A stretch of DNA of 64,000 bases from an uncultured Chromatiales bacterium. GTDB lineage: Bacteria; Pseudomonadota; Gammaproteobacteria; S012-40. The notes under the pieces were generated by a model. The model did no database searches, had not been told where the DNA came from, and saw nothing but the letters and a program-made list of their open reading frames with translations. The stretch covers positions 44,426 to 108,425 of the forward strand of contig CAYUAI010000005.1 in NCBI GenBank assembly GCA_964442745.1, in the 5' to 3' direction. Position 1 is the stretch's first letter, and every line of letters begins with the position of its first letter. Made by a program: the position numbers and the translations under genes. Of the stretch, positions 1 to 8,713 are shown one piece after another.

Positions 1-156
1 TCGTTAAGGCTAAATCAATAAATATAATGGTAGCTTACAACGGCATACGTCTGTATTTTAGGCGCTTCAGTGCATACACTTAAATAAAAATATAAAGTAT
101 AGACGATGTGGTCTGCCGCTTATCGTTCTATAAAAATAACTAATTGGGGAGTTTTT

Positions 157-1134
157 ATGAAATCTATAAACAAAGTCCTAGGTGCGATACTCATCGCAAC
201 AGGCCTTAGCTTCGCTAGTCAAGGTATCACCGCCAGCTCAGTAAAAAAAACCGATGCAGGGCATGGACATGACTATCGCACATTCCATGTTGACGGTCAT
301 ATCGATTACGGCCAAATCGGCGATTCCTACAACGCGGACTTGGTGATGTATTTAGCAGGCAACCAGTTCATGGTCATGGAAGAACTGATTCAAGATTTCC
401 AAAAAAAATATCCCAAGGTGAAAACTGTTTATGTTGAAACTATACCTCCCGGTCAAATATTGAAAAAACAAATCCTCAAACAAGGGGAAATCGATGACCA
501 AAAAACTAATCAAAATCCAGACCTGTTTGCCAGTGTTAACCTTAAGCATCTTAAAAAACTTAAAAAAATTGACAAAATGGATGATTATATGATTTACATC
601 CATAATAAACTCGAACTCATGGTCGCCGAAGGCAATCCGAAAAATATCCAAGGACCGAAAGATCTTGGACGAGATGACATCATCCAATCACATCCTAATC
701 CGCTCACCGAGGGTATCTTTAAATTCTATGGCTCAGAAATGTTAAAAGATCTTGGTCTGCATCAAAAAGTGACCGGTGGTAAACAGTGCAAAGCATGCTG
801 GGCTGTTGAAGGAAAAACCTGGTTTACCGCCCGCCACCACCGCGAAACCCCACACCGTATTGAGAATGGTCAAGCCGATGTGGGTATCGTCTGGACCTCA
901 GAAGTCAAACACGCCCAAGCAGAAAATCGCGCCATCGAAGGCGTTGCCATCCCTGCACCGTATAACAAACAAGACAAAGTTGGCTACGCAATCGGTCGAC
1001 TAACATCAGCTAAAAACCCAAGCAATGCGCAAAAATATATCGATTATTTAGCCAGCGATGCCGCCCAAAGCATCTATGAGAAATACGGTTTTGTCAAAGC
1101 AACAAGCAAGGAACTCACGCTAAAACCACTTTAA
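157..1134 (+). CDS. Periplasmic ModA-like (molybdate/sulfate/oxyanion-type) substrate-binding protein
   Basis: Signal peptide after ATG157 (GGGAG RBS); motifs AGNQF, PDLFAS, GNPKNI, ADVGIVW, AQSIYEKYGF typical of the ModA/SBP_bac_11 fold. Confidence 0.75.
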   Translation: MKSINKVLGAILIATGLSFASQGITASSVKKTDAGHGHDYRTFHVDGHIDYGQIGDSYNADLVMYLAGNQFMVMEELIQDFQKKYPKVKTVYVETIPPGQILKKQILKQGEIDDQKTNQNPDLFASVNLKHLKKLKKIDKMDDYMIYIHNKLELMVAEGNPKNIQGPKDLGRDDIIQSHPNPLTEGIFKFYGSEMLKDLGLHQKVTGGKQCKACWAVEGKTWFTARHHRETPHRIENGQADVGIVWTSEVKHAQAENRAIEGVAIPAPYNKQDKVGYAIGRLTSAKNPSNAQKYIDYLASDAAQSIYEKYGFVKATSKELTLKPL

Positions 1135-1162
1135 AAAATCCTTCGGATTGATATCTATCAGC

Positions 1163-1199
1163 AAACCACTGCCAATCATCCCATTTTGCAGTGGTTTTT
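1163..1199 (+). terminator. Putative intrinsic terminator
   Basis: AAACCACTGC...GCAGTGGTTTTT inverted repeat just after the stop codon. Confidence 0.55.
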
Positions 1200-1595
1200 C
1201 CTTAGAGGCGTGTAAAAAATGCGCATGCTCCTTAGCAATCTTTCCACTCCCGACCTCGCTCTAATTTTAAATGCAGTAAAATCCACCGGCCACAGGTCTA
1301 TTAACCAATAAGCCAAGTCAACATTCATCACATCGACAAACGATGAGTTAGCTTGGATTATCCCAAAAAAATAATTGCTAACTGTTTAGCCAACGCTAAC
1401 GATAGTGCTTGCGCTCAATCAACGGATCACTGACTAACCCGTTTTCTCTGCGAAGCAACAAGCACAGAATATAGGCGGCATCCCCATCATATATTTTGTG
1501 TAAAAAGCAACCTCCGAGGTGTATATACTCAGCAAGCGCATCAACGTTTCCATTCCTTGAGTTGTTGACCCTGCTGTTAAAGGTTTGTTGGCTGA

Positions 1596-2276
1596 ATGAC
1601 GAGTATAACGAAAAGACGCTATTTACAATCTCGCATGGACCACTTAACAGGAACGTTACCGATGCCTCCTCGCCTCACCTCACCTCATCGCAATATTCGT
1701 TTTCGAAGACAAAAAACAACCAAATTCATCTTGTTTTTTATTAGCTTTTTTTTGCTGCAAAATACCGCATTAGCCATTGATGTCTTTTCCACCGATCGAA
1801 TTGCGATGGAGGTGGGCACCAGTCGCAAAGGTGTCCACATCGCGAAAGTACTCTTACAATGGGACTGGAAAGCCATTGAAGACACCGCCTGTCTGTGTGA
1901 CTTCTCTTATATTGAATTCAATGTCAGTCACTGGAAAGCGATCGACAGTGCGGTGGGTTTAGACTACTTAACCGAGATCGGCATAAAACCGGTTATCCGT
2001 TTACAGCGCGGGCCATTATCTTTTCTTCCATCGGTCAAACCTTTTTTAGAAGGGGCTTTTGGTTTCCATTATTTATCGAAAAAAAGACTCGCCAACACCG
2101 ACTTTAATACCTCGACTAAATTCCAGTTTAGCCAGCATTTAGCCTGGGGGCTTAGCCTTGGTAAAAACAATAAATTTGTCATTAGCCAACGTTTCCAACA
2201 CTTATCCAATGGCAATATTAGGATGCCGAATCCAGGCATTAACTATCGACTCATTCATATGGCCTATCGTTTTTAA
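1596..2276 (+). CDS. PagL-like lipid A 3-O-deacylase / acyloxyacyl hydrolase (outer-membrane beta-barrel); true start probably downstream
   Basis: FQHLSNG..NPGIN His-Ser motif, FQFSQHL, C-terminal YRF, signal peptide ending ALA. Confidence 0.8.
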   Translation: MTSITKRRYLQSRMDHLTGTLPMPPRLTSPHRNIRFRRQKTTKFILFFISFFLLQNTALAIDVFSTDRIAMEVGTSRKGVHIAKVLLQWDWKAIEDTACLCDFSYIEFNVSHWKAIDSAVGLDYLTEIGIKPVIRLQRGPLSFLPSVKPFLEGAFGFHYLSKKRLANTDFNTSTKFQFSQHLAWGLSLGKNNKFVISQRFQHLSNGNIRMPNPGINYRLIHMAYRF

Positions 2277-2279
2277 GTC

Positions 2280-2307
2280 GTAGGCTTTCCATTCTCGGAC
2301 GGCCTGC
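2280..2307. repeat. 28-bp hairpin repeat family B, copy 1
   Basis: GTAGGCTTTCCATTCTCGGACGGCCTGC; related copies at 60237 and 61539. Confidence 0.7.
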
Positions 2308-2362
2308 TAGTAGACGTCAAACGGCAAAGCCGTATACTGTTACCCTTTTTCAAACCTCAAGG

Positions 2363-2773
2363 GTGCCAAAGAATATGCTGGAAGAAACGGTCATAGCCGC
2401 GACATTAACGTATATACTGATGATCGCAGCGTATAAATATTCACATATACGTAAATTTCACATCCCCTCCATGACAGCGATTATCCTCTTTGACTTATGC
2501 ATGCCGTTTTACCTGTATTTCACTCAGGATTGGAAAGAACGTTTAATTGATGGCGGTGAAATTTTCAGCTTTTTAATTTGGATGCATGTCGGTTTAGTCA
2601 TCACACTGTATGTGCTTTATGCATTACAAGTCAGTGCTGGACGTAAAATCCTGCAAGGTAATGACCCGTCAATCAGGGATGAACATAAAAACCAAGGAAA
2701 AGGTATATTATTAACCCGAGCATTGGTGATCGCTACCGGTGCATTACTCGTCGAACCAGAAACACTTCTATAG
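2363..2773 (+). CDS. Small multi-pass membrane protein (DUF420-like); start may be ATG2375
   Basis: About four hydrophobic segments with His residues at helix ends (KFHIP, WMHVG, DEHKN). Confidence 0.5.
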   Translation: MPKNMLEETVIAATLTYILMIAAYKYSHIRKFHIPSMTAIILFDLCMPFYLYFTQDWKERLIDGGEIFSFLIWMHVGLVITLYVLYALQVSAGRKILQGNDPSIRDEHKNQGKGILLTRALVIATGALLVEPETLL

Positions 2774-2821
2774 CGCACGGGGATGACATCTCACCTTAGC
2801 GTATATAATGTAAGTAAGCAC

Positions 2822-2853
2822 AAAAAAAGCCCGAATGTTTTTCAGGCTTTTTT
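2822..2853. terminator. Bidirectional intrinsic terminator
   Basis: A7-GCCCGAA...TTCAGGC-T6 between convergent genes. Confidence 0.7.
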
Positions 2854-2864
2854 ATTTTAAACGA

Positions 2865-3734
2865 TCAATTTTTGCGCCGATTCTCCATCAAGTCATGAAT
2901 TAACGGCGTTAAAATCAACTCCATGGCAAATCCCATTTTACCACCCGGAACCACCAGGGTGTTGGGACGCGACATGAATGAGCCTTGGATCAAATTTAAA
3001 TAATAGGGAAAATCGACCCCAGACGGATCTTGAAAACGAATGACCACAAAACTTTCATCGGGTGTCGGAATATCACGGGCAATAAATGGATTAGAGGTAT
3101 CGACCGTGGGGACCCGTTGAAAATTGATGTGCGTTCTAGAAAACTGAGGGGCAACATAATGTACATAGTCATACATGCGGCGTAAAATGGTATCCGTCAC
3201 GGCTTCAGCTGAGTAACCCCGTTGCGCCGTATCTCGGTGAATTTTCTGGATCCACTCCAGATTAACAATGGGTACCACACCGATTAATAAATCGACATAC
3301 TGGGCAATGTCTACCTCCCCGGACACTACCCCACCATGCAAACCCTCATAGAATAACAAATCACTACCCGGCGGAATCACTTCCCATGGGGTAAATGTTC
3401 CAGGCGCTTGATTGTAGGGTTCACCCTCTTCAATGGAATGTAAATATTTACGCGTCTGACCTGACCCCGAATTACCATATTCACGGAATAATTCACTCAA
3501 TTTTGCAAATTCATTGCCCTCTGGACCAAAATGACTCAGCGTTCGCCCTTCTTCATTGACTTTTTTGATCGCTTCTTTCATTTGTGCCCGATCGTAACGG
3601 TGAAAGCTATCCCCTTCCACAACAATGGGACTAATGCCTTCCCGGCGAAAAATATGCTCAAATGCATTCTTCACCGTGGTGGTCCCAGCACCAGATGACC
3701 CGGTTACCGCAATCACAGGATTTTTTATCGACAT
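2865..3734 (-). CDS. cbbP: Phosphoribulokinase (proteobacterial type)
   Basis: AVTGSSGAGTTT P-loop, EGDSFHRYDR, SHFGPEGN, FYEGLHG, QFSRTHINFQRVPTVDTSNPFIARDIPT. Confidence 0.97.
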   Translation of the reverse strand: MSIKNPVIAVTGSSGAGTTTVKNAFEHIFRREGISPIVVEGDSFHRYDRAQMKEAIKKVNEEGRTLSHFGPEGNEFAKLSELFREYGNSGSGQTRKYLHSIEEGEPYNQAPGTFTPWEVIPPGSDLLFYEGLHGGVVSGEVDIAQYVDLLIGVVPIVNLEWIQKIHRDTAQRGYSAEAVTDTILRRMYDYVHYVAPQFSRTHINFQRVPTVDTSNPFIARDIPTPDESFVVIRFQDPSGVDFPYYLNLIQGSFMSRPNTLVVPGGKMGFAMELILTPLIHDLMENRRKN

Positions 3735-4194
3735 ACCATCTCCTTGTAAGGTTTAAAAATAAAATTTTTCAATAGGTTAAATTAAATTTCGCTACTTTAT
3801 AGTCCGCGAATGCAACCACAAACACAGCACGTCAAATAACGTTTAAGGTAAAAATCTGACAAATCAAAATTGTTATCTTAAACGTTATTTCAACGGGTAT
3901 AAGGAGCGAAAGTATAACCAAATTAACCAAAAGTGGTAGGACAATTTTACCCATAATTTATCTAGGATTAAAACACATATTAATCAGCAATTCTAAATTC
4001 ATAGTGTTTCGAACGAATTTTCAACTTAGTTGGTGATTATGACATCAGAATAAATCAATTAACGACAAGCAAAAATTACTTCCGCGGTATTCAAAAGTCA
4101 CGGACGGTTAAACGGTAAAAAACCATCCGATTTAAAAAACACAGGCAACAACATGCCATTCCCATCGCTCGAGGGCAAAAAATGAGCCGGTTAA

Positions 4195-4540
4195 GCAGGT
4201 ATATCATTTTTGTGCGATCACCGCATCGGCCCAGTCATGAAAGAGTGGTATGAGATTTAGGTTTGCCTACGAGAATAAAACTTAATCCTTGATTTAATAT
4301 CGCTTGGCAAAAAAAAACAGAGAAGGCGCTCAGCCCGACCTCTTCCATCGTGTACTGAATGTGGTCGCCAAAACGTGGGTCCGGAAATTGGGCGGTAATC
4401 GACTTAAAGTAGGCGGTTAACTGATCGATCGGTTGAATTTTGAGCTCAGGTTGAAAAGGGCAGCTCATGGCTTTAGCATGGATAGGGTTTTTGGTGATGT
4501 GATTACCTATATGAACGCTTTTGACGCCATCATCGGGCAA
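4195..4540 (-). mobile_element. Degenerate, internally deleted transposase remnant (ISNCY-like)
   Basis: FPDPRFG..IQYTMEEVGLSAFSVFFCQ joined directly to FILVGKPKSHTTL, then a frameshift continuing as HDWADAV; boundaries approximate. Confidence 0.65.
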
Positions 4541-4573
4541 ATCAAAGATGGTCTGAGTCGTTACTAAAAATAT

Positions 4574-4810
4574 ATGAAGAATGAAAGGATTAAGATGCCT
4601 TTAGCGCAAACACCAAATTCAGAAAATAAACTTGCGAATACGCAAACAACTTATGCCGTGGCGAGTGCTGATTTGCCATTGCATTATCCCATGAGCGGTA
4701 TGGCTTTATGGAATTCTCATCCACGTGTTTTTTTACCCATTGAAAAAACAGGGAGTACTAAGTGCTCTTATTGTGGTGCCGAGTTTGCTTTGCAGAAAAA
4801 CGAAACATAA
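4574..4810 (+). CDS. zf-CHCC zinc-finger protein (first Cys replaced by Tyr)
   Basis: DLPLH(Y)PMSGMALWNSHPRVFLPIEKTG..KCSYCG; this family commonly lies next to waaF. Confidence 0.85.
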   Translation: MKNERIKMPLAQTPNSENKLANTQTTYAVASADLPLHYPMSGMALWNSHPRVFLPIEKTGSTKCSYCGAEFALQKNET

Positions 4811-4817
4811 ACCGTAT

Positions 4818-5846
4818 ATGACTGCATTCAAGATCTTAATCATCGGTCCTTCTTGGATCGGTGATATGGTTATGGCTCAGAGCTTATTTCGGCATTTAAA
4901 GCAGCAGAACGAATCCACGCTGATAGACGTGGTTGCTCCGGCCTGGAGTGAGCCATTAATCGCACGTATGCCCGAAGTGCGCCGATCCATAGACATGCCG
5001 TTTGCTCATGGTCAGTTTAAGCCTATTAAACGTTTGCAAATGGGCGCACGTTTAATAAGCGAAAAATATGATCAGGCCATCGTTTTGCCTTACACATGGA
5101 AGGCTGCGCTTCTTCCTTTCGGTGCTAAAATTACCAAGCGCACCGGTTTTGTGGGTGAGGCGCGTTGGGGTTTGCTGAATGATGCCAGGCCTTTAGATAA
5201 AAATAAGCTACCAATGATGGTGCAGCGACATGTTTCGCTGGGTTTCGATAAGGATGTGTTTACTGATCAGCGCTTTCCTAAACCAAAACTTAAAACGAGC
5301 GAAAAGCTCCAACAAGCCGTATTAATCAAGTTAGATTTGCCGGCATTAACTCAGCATATTGTTGTTTTTTGTCCTGGTGCGGAATATGGTCCCGCTAAGC
5401 GTTGGCCGGCTAAGCATTTTGCTACGTTAGCACTTAAGCTGAGTGCCGAAGGTAAAACAATTTGGCTGCTAGGCTCAGAAAAAGATTCAGCGATTGCGCA
5501 CGAGATTAACGAGCTTACCGGTAATAAGTGTGATGACTTAACTGGGCGGACGAGTTTGGAAGATGTTATAGATTTGTTAGCTATGGCGAGTCTTGTCGTG
5601 TGCAATGACTCTGGCTTAATGCATATAGCCGCTGCCGTAGGTGCGCCCATTGTGGCGTTGTATGGCTCTTCAGATCCTGGTTATACCCCGCCATTAGCTG
5701 ATAATGTACAGATAGCTTCGCTTAAGCTGGATTGTAGTCCGTGTTTTAAGAAAGAGTGCCCGCTGGGTCATTATGATTGTCTTAATAATCTATTGGTTGA
5801 TCGGATACAGAGAGATATAGAATTTTCTTTAAGGAGATGTAGATGA
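4818..5846 (+). CDS. waaF: LPS heptosyltransferase II
   Basis: KILIIGPSWIGDMVMAQSL, FCPGAEYGPAKRWP, NDSGLMHIAAA, YGSSDPGYTPP; start ATG4818. Confidence 0.95.
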   Translation: MTAFKILIIGPSWIGDMVMAQSLFRHLKQQNESTLIDVVAPAWSEPLIARMPEVRRSIDMPFAHGQFKPIKRLQMGARLISEKYDQAIVLPYTWKAALLPFGAKITKRTGFVGEARWGLLNDARPLDKNKLPMMVQRHVSLGFDKDVFTDQRFPKPKLKTSEKLQQAVLIKLDLPALTQHIVVFCPGAEYGPAKRWPAKHFATLALKLSAEGKTIWLLGSEKDSAIAHEINELTGNKCDDLTGRTSLEDVIDLLAMASLVVCNDSGLMHIAAAVGAPIVALYGSSDPGYTPPLADNVQIASLKLDCSPCFKKECPLGHYDCLNNLLVDRIQRDIEFSLRRCR

Positions 5847-5980
5847 AGAGTTTCACTCCTTTATCTGTCGCGATTATTACTTATAATGAAATAAATATTA
5901 TCTTATTTAAAAAATTTAGCGTTGCGCATGCTGTCACTGACAAGATTTGGATAGCATCGGGATTAATAAAAGTATTATGA
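5843..5980 (+). pseudogene. 45-codon remnant beginning like a GT2 (WaaE/KdtX-type) glycosyltransferase
   Basis: AAGGAG RBS; MKSFTPLSVAIITYNEINI... resembles LSVAVITFNEERNI of the intact GT2 at 19148-19954; ATGA overlaps with both neighbours. Confidence 0.65.
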
Positions 5981-6939
5981 GAAATACTGGTGTTAGGAAA
6001 AGGGTTTTAGTAACGGGCGGAGCAGGTTTTTTAGGGTCCCATTTGTGTGAGCGTTTATTAAAGGATGGGCATGATATATTGTGTGTCGATAATTTCTATA
6101 CGGGCAGCAAAGATAATATTGTTGCAATGATGGATAATCATCATTTTGAGTTGATCCGGCATGATATAACATTTCCTTTATATGTTGAGGTCGATGAAAT
6201 CTATAACTTAGCGTGTCCTGCTTCTCCTATTCACTATCAGTTTGATCCCGTGCAAACAACAAAAACGAATGTTCATGGTGCTATCAATGTGCTGGGATTG
6301 GCGAAGCGCGTAAAGGCAAAGGTATTTCAAGCCTCGACCAGTGAGATTTATGGTGATCCCGTTGTTCATCCTCAGCCTGAATCCTATTGGGGGAATGTGA
6401 ATCCTATCGGTTTTCGCTCCTGTTATGATGAAGGAAAACGTTGCGCCGAAACGCTTTTTTTTGATTACCATCGACAGCATGGATTGGAAATAAAGGTTGC
6501 GCGTATATTTAATACTTATGGGCCTAGAATGCATCCAAACGATGGTAGGGTAGTATCCAATTTTATCGTGCAGGCACTTAAAGGCCAGGATATTACTATT
6601 TATGGTGATGGTGGGCAGTCACGCTCTTTTTGTTACGTCGATGATCTAATCGAGGTCTTTGTTCGTTTGATGAATACTTCTTCAGAAGTCACTGGCCCGA
6701 TGAATATAGGTAATCCTCATGAGTTTACTATTCGAGAGTTAGCAGAAGCTGTTATTGATATAACGAATTCGCAATCGAAAATTATATTTAGAGATTTGCC
6801 TCATGATGATCCAAGGCAGCGCCAGCCTGACATCAGCTCGGCAAAACGCGTGCTAGATTGGGAGCCAGCAATTCAGCTGAGAGAGGGGCTTGCCAAAACC
6901 GTTGAGTATTTCAGGGTGCTATTGAAAGAGTATGACTAA
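5977..6939 (+). CDS. UDP-glucuronic acid decarboxylase (UDP-xylose synthase) family SDR
   Basis: [68 protein letters not shown]. Confidence 0.93.
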   Translation: MRNTGVRKRVLVTGGAGFLGSHLCERLLKDGHDILCVDNFYTGSKDNIVAMMDNHHFELIRHDITFPLYVEVDEIYNLACPASPIHYQFDPVQTTKTNVHGAINVLGLAKRVKAKVFQASTSEIYGDPVVHPQPESYWGNVNPIGFRSCYDEGKRCAETLFFDYHRQHGLEIKVARIFNTYGPRMHPNDGRVVSNFIVQALKGQDITIYGDGGQSRSFCYVDDLIEVFVRLMNTSSEVTGPMNIGNPHEFTIRELAEAVIDITNSQSKIIFRDLPHDDPRQRQPDISSAKRVLDWEPAIQLREGLAKTVEYFRVLLKEYD

Positions 6940-7390
6940 GAAACCGCGATATGAATTTAGTTGTCTAGAGTCTATTGAGAAGAATCTGGATTGAGTTTGA
7001 TATGAATTTCTTACATAAAAATTTTGATAAGCATTAATCCAAAAACTAAAAAATTCGGTAGTGGCTTCTATTGACTGTGCATGATCATGAAAGCATGTAA
7101 TTCATTGTTTATTAATAAAATAAAGTCAAATGAACCGACAGCCATTGTCTGTGTTTGTTTCATGGATCATCGCTCAGATTGGGTTAGATCTCTCCGTCGG
7201 TTGGTTGAGCAATTTTGACAGCAGAAATGGTCGATGCGATGTGACAGAGTAAATGCTTTAATTGTGAGGGTAAGTCGTTGAATTTAATTCTATTTAAGCT
7301 GGCGGTCAATAGACGCCACCACCCAACACTTGGCCTGCAAAGCAATTTTATGTCATAATCGCCTGTTAATTTTGTGTTTCCGGATATTTT

Positions 7391-8713
7391 ATGTACGATC
7401 GATGGCAAGCGCTTTATTGTTACCTCATTCTGCCGTTGCTCATGGTCGCCGTGCGCTTATTCGCGATCATGCATCACAAAACCGCCCGTACTCTGCAGGG
7501 GCATCGAGGGCTTTGGCACAGAATTGAGCAACAAGCCAAACAATTTAATCTCAATCAACCACTCATTTGGTTTCATGTGGCGAGCGCTGGTGAATTATTG
7601 CAAGCCCAACCCGTCATGGAGCGCTTCATGGGGCGTGGTTATGCTTGTGCTCTCACCCTGACATCCGTTTCCGGCATGGCTTGGGCTAACAAACTCAAAA
7701 AAAAACACAGCAATCTGGTGCTAGTGGATTATTTACCGTTTGATACCCTCAAGAACACCGACCGATTATTAAAACAATTAAACCCGGTTGCCACCATTTA
7801 CGTCAAATTTGATTTATGGCCTAACCTGATTTGGCAATGCCACCAACAGGCGATTCCCCAATTTCTCATCTCGGCCACACTGCGTAAACACTCCAAACGT
7901 TTAACGAACCCGCTAGGCCGATCATTATGCCGATCGTTATACGCCTGTTTAAATAGTATTTTTGCGGTATCAAAAGCGGATCAACAACGATTTTTGCGCA
8001 CTAACCCTGATCACCCAGCTATTTTACAGGTGGGTGATACCCGATTTGACAGCGTTCTTGATCGCAAAAAAAATATCTCGCCACCCAGCCTACCCGAGTC
8101 TCTTAAAAACCGCACGACGATGGTCCTGGGTAGTACCTGGCCAACCGATGAAATACACATCTTTCCCGCCATCCAAAAAGCCTTAACGGATGATCCGCAG
8201 CGGTTAGTTTTTATCGCACCCCACGAAACGAAACCCGAGCATTTGCTGGAAATTGAAAACTATTTTTCTCAACAGAAAATGGTACGCTTTAGCCAACTTG
8301 ACGGAAATACCAACATCAATATGGTATTAATTGACAGCGTTGGGCAACTCTCTGCGCTGTATCACTATGCAAATATTGCGTTTGTCGGTGGCGCTTTCGG
8401 CAAAGGTGTCCACAATGTCATGGAACCGGCCGCCATGGGTGTTCCCGCGATTTGTGGTCCTTATTATCAAAACTCCCCTGAAGTCATTGAGTTAGTGGAA
8501 CAAAAAAAATGCTTTTCGATCACAAATCAAGAAGGTTTTCAGCAAATATTATTCGGTTTATTGTCTGATCTGACTCACACCCATGAACTTGGGCAGCAAG
8601 CGGCAAGCTACATTGAGCAACAAGCCGGTGCATCAGACATCTGTTTTCGACTTATTGAGGATCAATTGCATGAGCAGCACCCATCATCAACGTCTGACGC
8701 ACAATCACTATAA
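7391..8713 (+). CDS. waaA: Kdo transferase (GT30)
   Basis: IWFHVASAGE, YLPFD, LWPNL, GDTRFD, FVGG..HNVMEPAA; N-terminal membrane anchor. Confidence 0.85.
   Translation: MYDRWQALYCYLILPLLMVAVRLFAIMHHKTARTLQGHRGLWHRIEQQAKQFNLNQPLIWFHVASAGELLQAQPVMERFMGRGYACALTLTSVSGMAWANKLKKKHSNLVLVDYLPFDTLKNTDRLLKQLNPVATIYVKFDLWPNLIWQCHQQAIPQFLISATLRKHSKRLTNPLGRSLCRSLYACLNSIFAVSKADQQRFLRTNPDHPAILQVGDTRFDSVLDRKKNISPPSLPESLKNRTTMVLGSTWPTDEIHIFPAIQKALTDDPQRLVFIAPHETKPEHLLEIENYFSQQKMVRFSQLDGNTNINMVLIDSVGQLSALYHYANIAFVGGAFGKGVHNVMEPAAMGVPAICGPYYQNSPEVIELVEQKKCFSITNQEGFQQILFGLLSDLTHTHELGQQAASYIEQQAGASDICFRLIEDQLHEQHPSSTSDAQSL

Noticed and set aside
7184-7408. 74-aa minus-strand ORF before waaA
   Set aside because: No recognisable motif or RBS, overlaps the waaA start; probably spurious
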